This document shows positions 1 through 12,707 of a stretch of 64,000 nucleotides of DNA, one piece after another. Every line of letters starts with the position of its first letter. Within the stretch, counting starts at the first letter, position 1. The DNA is from Leptogorgia sarmentosa (Eukaryota). Where the stretch lies: contig OZ210884.1 in NCBI GenBank assembly GCA_964658305.1, positions 1,798,001 through 1,862,000 on the forward strand, read 5' to 3'. The notes below the pieces were generated by a model, which saw nothing but the letters and a program-made list of their open reading frames with translations, was not told the origin of the DNA and did not search any database. A program made the position numbers and the translations under genes.

Positions 1-984
1 AACGCCTACAAAACAAGAATATTGATGTATTCAAATTCAAATACATCCATCTAATTGAAGTAATTAAGACGGAGATTTTCTGTATGTCACGCATCTCGCG
101 CTCAAAACTCAAATTCGTCCAACTACAAGTTTCGAATTTTGAGGTTTCTCAGTCGGCAGACTAACTTAAAAAGCTTGACCGGTTCATAATTTATGACTTA
201 TAAAAAATTAAAACATTTTGGTGTGTACGCCAAAGAGAAAATTACGTCAAAGCTTTAATTATGTTGTGCTGGTTATACGAAATTTGCTGCTCCTAATTTT
301 CATATTCCTTTCAGTTTTTCAATCAACACAGTTTGAATGCTAGCGAATTGTTTTCTCAATATAATTATCATATAGAACAATTTGATTTTGGGAAAAAGAT
401 TTCGGGTTTTAAACACATATCGTCGAAAATACGCGACATGGAAAAATTTATCTTCTTAATAATTTTCTCCTTGGCGTGAAACATGCACAGTTAGAACGAC
501 GATTTGACAAATAAATCGATTAAAATGCCATCGCAAATGTATGAGCAGCATTGAAAAAACCGCGAAAACAACCATATCTTTTTGTTGACCTGAAAAAATA
601 GGAATTTTGTTAATTAAGATACTAAACACGTTCCAGTAAAGTAAATCTCTTGCGATTTTATCGATGAAAGTTTGCAAAGTACTGCCCAACCTTCCACGAA
701 TTAAGAGATCTTTTACGACTTAAAAATAGCGACTTATTTAGGAGGCTGACGATCCAATCTGTTAATGTCCAAAATTTTTCGTCACGGATACTTTTGCAAC
801 AGTATTGAAGCAGCGAAAGAATTATCTAGCCTTAAATTCATGAAAAAACATCCGAATTTCGAAATATATATTGCGGGCTTGTCATTTCGAAAATTTTTCA
901 TACAGGCCAAGATTTGGTATCTTTAAACACTAGCCAGGCATTACGCGGATGGAAATTTTTTATACAATTATTTTATTACGTTGA

Positions 985-1700
985 TTTATGATTTATTTAA
1001 CTTCGCCTATTACAGATAACAGTTAGGCCGGGATACCACAACAGTTAAATAAAAAGCAATTACTGTGGACCCTTAAGTATCTTAAAAGCATGCACTATGT
1101 ATATATACAGTAAATCTGTCAACAGCACGTAAAATGTTGGCTAAGTGGCCGCGAATTGTTACATTTTAAACCGGCAGATCGTTCACGTAAAGTAGAAACA
1201 GTATGGGGCCCAGTATTGAGCCTTGAGGAACTCCCGAAAGGACAGGTCTTGCAGTTGATGTTGCTCCTAAGACAGTTACGCGCGGTTTGCGATCAGACAA
1301 ATACGACTGGAACTATTGCAGAAGATTACCCGCCATGTGCTTGAGCAGTGGACGATGTGGTGGGACCTAGATTCGTAGCAATGTCGCCAGCGAGCAGAAT
1401 ACATAGGTATAGATGAGATCTATTGTTCTTGGTGTTGAAATCTAGGCCATAGCGGTGTTAATACCCGGATGGAAAGTTGTATTTTCGCAGTACTTTATCA
1501 CGCGTTAAAGTCCATAGCAAACACAGTTTCTCAGATATTACGGCAAGTTCTGAAGCAATGACTATATTGGTAGACGTTACTTTCTCGTTGAATCTCACAA
1601 AGTCGGGCAGCGATCTTGTAGCTAATCAAAATACAAAGATGAGAGAGATGGTCGCATAACAGAATTTGCCAGAAGATATAAGTTTCATAGAAACCATTTT
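985..1700 (-). mobile_element. Internally deleted, decayed CR1/L2-group LINE (RT fragment, 2A-like motif, 3' tail)
   Basis: Minus strand about 1336-1170 reads [54 protein letters not shown], a non-LTR RT motif with an in-frame stop. ILLAGDIATNLGP lies at 1400-1362 and a TAAATAAAT-type tail near 990. Boundaries approximate. Confidence 0.85.
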
Positions 1701-2919
1701 ACCAAATTTTATCTTGCTAGAAGATTCCAATTTTCAATTATTGGTAGTAATTAATTCCAAGTTGCCAATTAAAATTACAGATTAAGTTCAAATTGATCTT
1801 GCGATGTTGTCCGGAGCTGTCGCGTGCGCCGTTTACTTGCGTGATAACGGTCGTAACGGTCGTAACGGTCTCAACGGAAAATTTCAATTTTCGACACAAC
1901 AAATGACAGAAATCCAATAGTTTAGGCAACAATAACTTTCAATATTTCCAAATTATCGTAAGTCCCTGATCCAGATGATACTATCAGAAGTATTTTCTAT
2001 TGGCTTGAAAGAAAACGTCGACTAAAAAGTGCAAGATCCTAAGTTTTCACGGAGTTGATATAAGACAATTCAACCCAACAGATGTGAAAAAATCCAGTAA
2101 ATTACCGTGTCAAATAACTGAATACTTTACAAATATTTTCTTGCTTGTGGTCCAAACGACTTTACCCACTGTTTTCTAGATTTTTGACGTCATTGCCAGA
2201 AATTTTGGACATTGCTACTGCGCATGCCTGGGCATTTGAATTAAATATGGCCGCCGTTCTTGTATAGAAATTATAGCAGTGTGAAGGAAAATTATAAAAT
2301 ACAGCTATTTCTATCTGCTGTAACCGAGTTGCAAACTCCAGCTTCGCTTTGCATGATCCCTCGTGATTATATCCTAGTAATATTTTATCAATACCATACC
2401 GCCAAGTTGTTCCTTTTTTAGAACTGATTCCACGAACTTTCGCTAATAGAAAAGTATAGTATTAAGCCCAAATTTCACCATTTAGCAGTGTTTTCGCGGC
2501 GCAGTCTAGGTTTCTCGTGCTCTTGGCAACGTTTGCAGACTCCACATTATAAAATACATATACATCACTACATCGTGAGATGATTTCGGGAAGATACACC
2601 GTCGTTAACTTGTTCCAAATTTGTTATAAAAATCGTAAATAATTATATGAAACTCGGATAGTGTAGTTCATAGCTAAAATTTCCACCGTAAAACCAAGTT
2701 TATAAGATGAATCAACGCCGATTTTAAAGAATGAATCTACCCAAAGTTCGGCCATGTTTGGTATCAAAATAAAGCTTAGGAACCGCTCTATTCTAATAAA
2801 TAAACCAGGGGGGTCCACAAAATAATCTCAAGACAAAAATGCGCTTGCAATTTTATTTCCGGTGCCGCGCTGGCGGGAATCATCCCGTGTGAGATTGTGG
2901 TATTTTTCTGCGTGTAAGG

Positions 2920-4176
2920 CAGGGGCGGATCTAGCCAATTTCTTGACTGATGCTCGGAGAGGACCTTCAGCAATTTAGGGGGTCCGGGGGCATGCCCCCC
3001 GGAAAATGTTTGAAATGTGGACCTCGCAAATGACATTTCCTGCGTTCTGAGCAAACCTTTAGTGCAGAAATTCGCATTTTCAAACTGAGTAAAATAGAGG
3101 CGCATTTAGCGAAAAAAATAATGTGGATGCAATTTCATGTCAACAATAGGATCATGACGCTATATAGGCCGAAACACTTCACGTTACAAATACTATAGCA
3201 TGTAAACAATGTTATATTTCCCACGCGGTGGCTTCGCATTTATAGGCAGCTTGCCCGATTAATACGTTCGTATAACAATGACCAAACAAAAATATCTTGC
3301 CTAAATAAGTAGAATCACTCAATCACGATACTATTGTGCAGATATTTTTGAATATCTCTGATCGAAGGTTAATTAATACAAACCACCACTATTGACGCGC
3401 CAAGTATTGCAAATCCTTTACGAATATTATTATCATCGCATGCATAATAATTATATGCTAATATCTACACACGACTTAACCTGAGTTAACCAGTGAAATA
3501 TAACAATATTCAATGAAATCGAAACCTAAAATGATATAATTTTATTTTAGATATACACACTACCTCACAGGCTGGCGAGATCGACTTTCTTCGACGCTCA
3601 GACACTATAGTATAGTATAGTATAGTTTAGTTTATAGACTATAGTATTATCACAGGTTAGTGATTAATCTGTGGGATTATATTCCAACAATTTTCATGCA
3701 AGACGCAATGCTATTGGTTTGCATCAGTCGACTGATGCAAGCCAATAGCATTGCGTATTTTGAAGAAAAGTCATTGGCTTGCATCAGTCAGAAGTCTCTT
3801 CTCATTGGCTTGCATCAGTCAGTTTGAATTCACTATTGCAAGTGAACGGTTCCCGCATCAGCATGCATCATTCGACAGGTATAGCGCGCTCAGTGAGCGC
3901 TGAGGCCTGTGGGCGCGCATAATGGAGTGTTTTTCTGAGGGTACTTCAAGTAATTCACATAAAGGGCATTGAAGCTTTAAATTGAGCGAAGATAATGCAT
4001 AATTTATCGCTTCGAATGACCACAAAACAATATTAGACTTTATTTTGTCACGTTCATTCTTGTTTGTCGATGTCGTGACGAAGTGAATAAAAATTTATTA
4101 CATTCGAGTTAACGCTTTTCTGTCAGAATTTGACTGTTGCTCAAGCATCTGTTGGATCAGTCTGGATCCGCCCCTG
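2920..4176. mobile_element. Non-autonomous hAT-like DNA transposon
   Basis: Terminal inverted repeats CAGGGGCGGATCTAG / CTGGATCCGCCCCTG (14/15). Internal GCATCAGTC/GACTGATGC repeats and a palindrome near 3703-3756. No matching 8-bp TSD seen. Confidence 0.65.
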
Positions 4177-6053
4177 TTAGGATTCTCTCAACTTCATATA
4201 GACGACTGTATTTTCTTTTAGGTACGCCGCTATATAAAGTTGCTGATGATAATTCGTTTAGTTTTTTATAGTCGATAGCAAGAGAAGAAAAACGCTTTGT
4301 TTGCGTATTTCTCGACGCCATTTTCTTTCATAATTTGTAATTTTGTACGGATACCCGCTGGCTGCTGCGCGGGCGCATGTCTGACATTTCTGGCAATGTG
4401 AACTCCAAAGAAAAGTTGCAAATTTTTAGGAATTTTACGGAGCTCTAGGAAGCGCGCCTGCAGCGCGCGCTACGCTTGCGCGATATATACTTGCACATCG
4501 CACTAAGATTTCTCATGAGTCGAAGTTTTACGGCAATTTCTGTGTGGTTGACTCGTCTCAGTCCTTTTTCAAAAGACTTAATTCGGGGCATGCGGACACG
4601 AGGGTTAGCTGAGAAAGATTTAGTTGATACGGGTTTTTTCCTACTAATGACTGTGCTAATATAGTTTGGTACTGAAACCCACAAACAATTTAGCACTATA
4701 ATTGGAGAGGCAGGAGATATATTCTTTCCCGAGTTTATCGACAGTTGCACTCTATTGACTGTTATTTCTATGGACAAATATTTGTACAACTAACACGATG
4801 TGTTTACATATAAAAAGCATTTTCATTATCATGATAAAATCTTACGTTTTCACAATGGTAATGATTATAATTATGCTATATAGCTATAGTTCAAAGGGAA
4901 TATATTATAGGGAAATCTGACATATGGTTTATGACAAAGGTGCAGATTATTTCAGATATACTGTGTCGGTGTAGAGTGTTATATTCCAATTTTCCCACAA
5001 TATTCCAATTCCGGTAATAACTAATGTAAACAGGAAAAATAAAAAAAGAAACTGAGCTGAGACGTAACCTGAAATCAACTGTACGAGTTTTTTTGTGTGG
5101 CCGACATCGGCAAACATCAATTAATACATACATTGTCCTTTTGCCGCGTTTCTATGCATCATGCGGCCGCTTATCAATGAATACTTGTTACCCTGCAGCG
5201 AATGTGAGAAAAACAATTATGCCTAGACTAGAAGTCTCATCAGAGTGTCAAAGTCAGTCAGCCTAATAATTTAATTTAGGTAGGCTTATTCCGTCGGTAT
5301 TTGTGGCATTTTTTCGTTTGCGAATATGAACCCAGTAAAACATTCCTTTATTATGAAGTGATTGATAAATATATTTAACAATGCGCAAAAACGGCAGCCT
5401 TGTATGGATATTGGCACTGAAATCTGTTGTGTTTTGAGAACGTAGAATTCGTCGCTGCCTACTCAAACATGCTAGATCAGAAGCAGAATGTTATATATGG
5501 CGTGCAATAGTGCAGTTATTGGAGATTCTCGACGAAGATACACTACATATCTTTATTAATTGTCTTTAAATGTAATTTATTTGGAAGGGACGGCTAAGTA
5601 ATGAATAAATACTTTTATTTATTTGATTGCTTCCTGTTTGCAATGGTAAAATAAGACGTCCATTTCGTTCGAATTATTGATCGGTTTCCAAAGTAGCAGA
5701 GTCTTTGTTTCATGGTGATGTTATAGCTTTAATTATACGAATAGTTTGCACAAAAATATGCTTACTGATATTGGTGGTACAAAAATGAACATCATCTCTT
5801 CTCATATAGAAAATGTTGACAAATAATTCGAGCATTGTAAATCATTGAACACGAAGTTTCGTTCACGAATGGACCACCTTTTTGGCAATTTTGCAAATGC
5901 GTCGCATTTCTATCTGAGAGAATTGAGAGAGATGTATAAATTATTTGATTGTCCAAGTTTTGTCGAAAGAGGTCAAACACCCTGCATAATTATGGTTTAT
6001 TGCGCTCTAAGTATATCGTGAATAATTCAACTGGAATATTAAGCAAAACTCAC

Positions 6054-6224
6054 CATCCCCGGTGACCACCTGGCTTCTTTCTGACGTTCTTGTATTACCT
6101 CAGTCGCTCTTTGTTGCAATGCCACAAAACTTTTCAGTGCTTTACTTGGTATTTTTAACCTCTCCATGAGGTGTACCAAGTCGGATATTTCTTCTATATC
6201 TTGCACTTTTGAAATACTTCCCAT
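6054..6224 (-). CDS. Probable first coding exon of an unresolved minus-strand gene or gene fragment
   Basis: ATG-initiated helical peptide MGSISKVQDIEEISDLVHLMERLKIPSKALKSF...WSPGM ending at a strong ATG|GTGAGT donor. The nearest acceptor (about 5981) is out of phase, so downstream exons were not resolved. Confidence 0.4.
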
Positions 6225-9200
6225 ATTTGCTAATAATTGGTGATCAACGCTTTACGTTGATAATTCTTGGCGTTGCATGTTGTAACTGAATTGTTTTAAG
6301 ATTCGCTGTATTTATTGTCAGTGGGCTTAGTTATATAACTACGCCATGAAACCTGTTTTACCTGCTGTTCGATAATTGCCATGCGGATTTTTGTGGAATG
6401 TTTTTGTTGTTGTGCTGATAGGAAGGTTAGGATGAAAATACAACTATGCGGACACGCGGACATGCGGTCATGTAGACATGTGGAAATGCGGACACCTTTT
6501 TGTAATCTGAATTTTGATACATAAACAAAAAAACAGTTGCAGCTAGCGCCTATAGCTAATTTAAACGCATTTTAAAATGAAACGATCGATATAGCCAGAA
6601 GATCACATTTTCTATATGCGTACACAATCTCCATAATAAACACGCATGCAACCTATGAAGCTATTTGTTTATGTACATACCTCATTATACTGTACTCTGG
6701 ACTAAGGTTTTATATTATTAGGAATTTTAGCGGGTAGGGGATTTAATTCTCTATCATTTGTGAACCACATGTATATAAGTGTTTTTTTCGTTCAATAAAT
6801 GAATTCTTATCCTCGTGTAATTAATTATGTTGTGTTTTGACAGGCTTCATACTTAGCTACATATATTGTGGTTTTCTGTTTAGAATATGGGTTAATTCAA
6901 AACAATCCACTTTATGTAGGTGTGTATATCACACTGGTGTATAACATGCAGTGCTTTTGTGTGTTTTCTAGTTATGCCGTGTGAAAATAATATAAATAGT
7001 ATTTCTTGTTTGCATAGGTTAAGGGGTCGCTCGATTTGTGAATTAAATTGTAATATATGGCATGCATGACCAATAGTCTAGCGTTTGAAACCATGCGATT
7101 CGGCAGCGGAATACAATTACTTCGACACAGCAACTGAATTGTACAGGTAGCGTCGCTCTATCTACACTTGTAAGAGTAATTTGGCGAAATATCGAGCAAT
7201 GATTCCATTAGACGTTTGAAACGGTTGCCGTGCCGTCGATCGAGCTATATCGCAGTGACAAATTTATTTTGGTACGGCAGTAGCGCGAAGTTTGCCAAAA
7301 TTTATAATCTTCATCTCCATATTATTTAATTGAAACAAAGGGGTTTCTTCCAAGTAGGCGCTTCGTCGTTCGCTTGGTTTATATAGCTGCCCCCGTTGCG
7401 CTATGCAAGCCGTGCAAAATTATAAATCTGAGCATTTCGGATTAGCGGTGTCCCATTTTACGTGCATACTATTCCTACTGAATTTCCACAGTCAAATATT
7501 TATATAACGTTTTAGAGGCAGTAAAATTTGGGGCATAAATCCACTGTATAAGTTAGTTTGATGTGGGAACATACTCCTAAGTATGTACATAATATACGTC
7601 CATGCTATATAGTCGTTTTCTCCATTAGGTACAGGTTTTCCCCGGTTCGGTATCGTGCATGTGCCTACATTCATTGTGGTTTTGTGTTATAAAAGTGCGT
7701 ATTAAAACTTACTTAACCAGTCGGTACGTGTCATGCATCACGCACGCGTGCTGTGCTTTTCTTTCCTTCTAATTTAGGCGTTTGAAACATATAGAAGAAA
7801 TGACTTCAACAAAACGGTCGGGTAGCTAATTGATCCTACAACAAAGATATTCAATTGTCAAATTGTAATTGCGATATTTCAATTTGGAACTCAAAGACAT
7901 CCTTCTTAGTTTCTTCCCCGTGTGGATGTGGGTGTATGTCTGCTTTTACTACATTTTCGATATAACTACAGTATATTATTTATTTTTTCTTACAATAGTG
8001 CCGACCTTTCATTGTGTACTTTTATAAACATCAGAAGGAATGCGGCGATGCTTCTAGAGTATTCGCATGTTTATAAGCAATCATGCATAGATAGGAGGGT
8101 ATGCAGGAATATAGCTTCTTTAAGGATGCTTTCCGAGGAGACGCAATGAAAGCAGTTCCATCGCATGTCATACGTTGGCGATTGTTTAAAATAGAGAATT
8201 AACAAATCACCACTAAATCATTTTCTGCTGGTCGACACCAAACAAAAGAACGCTAGGATTTGTTGAACCGAATTCTTAGATAGCGCATATCAGCAACAAA
8301 ACCAAATGCGTCAAAGTCCCTTCATCGAGAATTAGGCTATACGTACAGGCTATATGAGGTGCGTTATGCGAGTACAATATAGGAATGATTGATATGAATA
8401 TCAGCCTTTCTTATCCATTATGGCTTTTTAAAGACAATGCATATTTTATACCAATAGTCTCCCAAAACTTTCAACAAATGACATATTTTATGCCTATAAA
8501 TATTTGACTGAAATTATTGAGACACTAGGTTGTAACAATACGGTGCATGAGATTGGTTTCGAGAGATTTAGTGGTTTTATTATATTTGTTACATAATAAT
8601 TGCCTCCTTTTAACTCAATGAAGTGAATTTAAGAACATTTCTGCGTTTTCCTTTTTAACACAATTATATGTTGCTCCAATTATACGTTTAAAACCAAGAG
8701 AACCCTTTCTCAAGCATTTATCCGATATTTAGGCCAGCTAAATAGAATATTCTTATATGAATACTAATTTGCAACAATGCAGTCATGCATACGAAATTTT
8801 AATTCTTGGTAATGCGATCATTTCTCAGTAATTGTAAATTATAATTAAACAAGATTTGTTGTCACTTCAGTGCATGCTCCCTACGTTTGCTGCTTTTACA
8901 ATATATTAGGGAAATAATCTTCTACCTTTTTGTAATGTTCTGTGATGTTATCTGGAAATATTTCGCGATAAGTTGAATATGATGAGATTGTGGCTTGGAT
9001 ATAAACTTTTAATCTTTTTATCACATTGTGAACATTCGTGTTTTATTTGGCTGATTTTATATCTGATTTTTTTTATTAAATGTTCAAGTATATTTTTGAT
9101 CATGAAGACATTTAATTTAGTGCTAAATGAATAGACAACATTTAATCATTGCTATTTTGAAAGTACATCATTGGTACTGGCAGAAATTTTGCCGAATTAC

Positions 9201-10130
9201 TTTAATAGTAGCCCCCACAAGTATATTTTTTTTTGGGCGACCGCCACCACTTCCACTCTTCCGTTACCACGGTAGCTAGAAATACATGTCTGTTGGAAAA
9301 ATTTTGCAGCATTTGTAATGTGCATTCGAAAACTATACGTATGTATTATATATTTGTAATTGTGTTGTCGTTATTGATTGTGTTATCTCGTATCGACTAT
9401 TCGAAGGAATATTGCGTGGCACTACGTGGGAGGACATCAAATGATGACACAAACATTGTTGCCCACAGTGTCGTGCATTTGCATTTGAATACATCATGAA
9501 ATATTTTTAATTACCTTATACGGAATACGTATCATTGCTTATTGTACTTGCGCATGGATACTTGCTACATCGAGATAACAATAATTAGAGTATACACAGT
9601 ATATATATTTGTTTTGGCCTACCATGGTAGGGTTTGCCTTTATATGGCCGAAATATTATTATTCATTAGCTGGACCCTTGCATATAAATGTTGAATTTTA
9701 TTGGAATCGTCATTTAGGGTTTCGTCATAGTGGCCAGAGAATTGTATCCAGGTCTTCTTTAGTATTTATGTCGTTCGGAATTACTTTGTTCATTTAAACT
9801 CGCAGTTTGAATCAGCGGAACATATCACATGACTTAAATCTTTTTTGATTGTGAAAGTTACGTTTATGGGTGGTGGTGAAAGAGAAACTGAATGATAAGT
9901 TATACCAAGCATATAGCTAATACTTTTGGTTCAAAATGAAAATATTGCAATTGTCAATTGCATTATAATATGTAATTGTATAGTATGCAGTAATACATTT
10001 CGAACAGACTGGCGTTATCTGGCATGTTATTATCATGGCCTGACATTATGCAAAAAATAACAGCATGCACGCATGCATACTCACAAATTCCACAATATAA
10101 TTCTTGGTATGTCTTCTGGGAGGAACGAGC

Positions 10131-10136
10131 TATAAA
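10131..10136 (+). promoter_or_regulatory. TATA box of EGF-TM family copy A
   Basis: GCTATAAATATC about 65 nt upstream of the ATG, conserved in all three paralogues (10131, 23165, 41014). Confidence 0.5.
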
Positions 10137-10197
10137 TATCTTGCGTTATAGTGAACTCAGCGGAAGATAATTACGCTATCATTTGAATCTTATTATC

Positions 10198-10278
10198 ATG
10201 GCAAAAACAACATTCTTGTTTTTTTTGTCTCGTTGGCATCTGCTGCTTCGCAAATTTAAAGGCGATGAAACCTGGAGG
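10198..10278 (+). pseudogene. Orphan exon 1 of EGF-TM family (copy A), frameshifted
   Basis: Near-identical to 23232-23311 and 41081-41160 but 81 nt rather than 80 (extra base in a T run), which disrupts the signal peptide. Shared flanking homology (about 9700-11130) stops and no downstream family exons follow before the Ig gene. Confidence 0.8.
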
Positions 10279-12707
10279 GTAAGAAGTATATTTATTTATT
10301 GTACGCTACGTTATGAATTATCTATCAATCACTGCAAATTTCACGAATTTTGAGGTTGGGTGTGTATGTGGATCTTTGTAGCCGTACATACCTGTACGCT
10401 GCATGATTAAATTTTCAGATTCTTTCCCCTTTTTTTTCTCTTTTCCCAGTTCTTCTAGACTCTGTCATAGAATTATTCGGTATAGAATGAAAATATACAC
10501 TTCATCGTTTAGATCGGGTCTCCAATTTAGGTCTAAGTAGACATTATTTATCTTATCTACCAAGGCGTTCTCAGCGTTTGGCTGCACCAAATATTCATAT
10601 GAAAAGTAATATTGCATGATACGAAGGTGTAGTCATGCATAAGAAAACGAAAGTGTATCATGCTTCTTTAATGGGCTTCTTCCAAGAAGACGGATGAAGT
10701 CTCTTTCCAAGTAATTGCGTGTGATCTACTGATAAGAAATTGAATTAGCTACTATAGTCTAATAGGATTTTGTTCGCAGAAGCTCTTAAATTTAACGTTA
10801 ACTTCATAATTTTTACATCATTTTCTACTTTTTCCCCGGCTGCGTAAAATAGCACTATCATAAATGGAATCAAGCATATACTGAGCTGGTTTAATTGTTT
10901 GTGAGGATTCACTGTCGGTAGCTATTATATATAATTACAGCACAAAACGCATTACATATGTGGTCGTATGCTATGTGTTTCTATTTACAAAAGTGCTGGT
11001 GGTTGTCGAAAGATAAATTGTCTAATAAGCAATGCAAAATTAATTGTCTTTGTTTCAGCTACTCGAATGTTAATTCGTGTACACAATTACCTATAACATT
11101 AGGATGCAGTCATGCATGCTAACCAAAACGCCAAGTGTTTGGTATCAAAATAATCATCATGATCTGTAGTTTATACATTTTTCAAGCCAGCAATCCAATA
11201 TTGAAAATATCAGCGGCTACACCCAATCGCGCATTTGCTTCCGGTGAAATAGCAGTAAATAGCTAGTTTCATAGGAATATCCGCTGTACAGCAAGTTTGA
11301 CACATGACCGGAATAGTTGGCAATGCGAAACTTAAAGCCAGAAGAAGTCTTCGCGACAACATCAAACAAGGAAGTAGAACCTTAATATTGTATTTTTCGC
11401 TTTTTCAGGTTGGTTACTTTTCAACACTTTGTTCTTACGTATATACAAAAAATTATTAAATATAATCTCCAATTCATCTTGACCATATATACATAGACAT
11501 ATGTATTGAATTTGTATACAAAATGAATCTTGCATCCGTCTACCGAGTAGCTATACATTCGCAATGTCGCGATATTTCGTCGCTGTAAGCCGCTGTATTC
11601 CCTCATTTGTAGTATGTAGCACAATCAATAATCGATCACCATGCCGAAACGTCTTTCGATAATGGACGTTGCTTCTGCGACATGCAGTTCATGCATGTAA
11701 ATTTTGCATGTGTTTGATTAGATTTTTTATTTCGATTACAGAGAAGGCCTACTCTAGGGTCCAAGTTCGCCGCGATTAATTTCGATATTAGGCGATATTA
11801 GGGAAAAAATGCCAAAATTCAAGGCGATCCTGAGCGTTCTTATGCGATCTTGGGCGATCTTAGGCAATCTTGAGCGATCTTAGGCTATGTTGGGTGATAT
11901 TATGCAATGTTTATATGGGATTATAAAGAAAGTTAATGCCTTCTCTCAATTCAGACTCCCTAATAAGTCTAGAATGCTTATTTCTTTGTATGAAATATAT
12001 GTCGATCATAGGCAATCTTGAGCAATTTTAGGAGTTCTCAGGCGATCTCAGGTGATCCGTTCTTGCACCCTGAAATAGGCCTACAGAGAACAGTAACTCC
12101 AAATAACATTTTAAAAGTTTTATTGAATTTGAATCGACGTTTCAACTATACATACCTTGTCAATTATTGTCATGAAGAACAGACTAGGGTAATATTACAG
12201 GTATAAGTGTTAAAATTATAGTTAGGAAGGAGGAGCTTATAGTAATATCAAAGAAATATGGTCGGTTCACTGATTCTATGAAGAATTTCATGTGTTGGAA
12301 GTTCTCACAAGATCTATAGAGTTGGTGTGCATGTGCACAAATTTCTAAGCTTCCACTTGTGGTGACCGTGTGTTTGAGGCTTGTATATAATTATAGGCAT
12401 CTTCTGTTTTTCCAATATGTGTATTTGCAATCAGAACACGCATGGTATTCCCTTAGTCTTGTCTTTTATAGTTAAAGGACAGGAAACAATTGGATCCAGA
12501 GGTCTAATATAATATTCAAATTCCCTAGCAATTTGGCAAAATTATGTAATATGCATGCATGATGTATTGCTACGAAGCCTAGTGAGGCTTGTCGACACTA
12601 CCAACGACAATGCTATTTTTTGTCTTTTATGGCCACTGGTCCTGGGCGTTAACCAGGTCAACGTTTAATTGTTTTCCTTCCATACGTATTAGATTGAATT
12701 TCATAAG

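Noticed and set aside
5792..5981. Candidate second exon for the 6224-6054 exon
   Set aside because: The acceptor is one base out of phase and gives an immediate stop; not supportable without transcripts.
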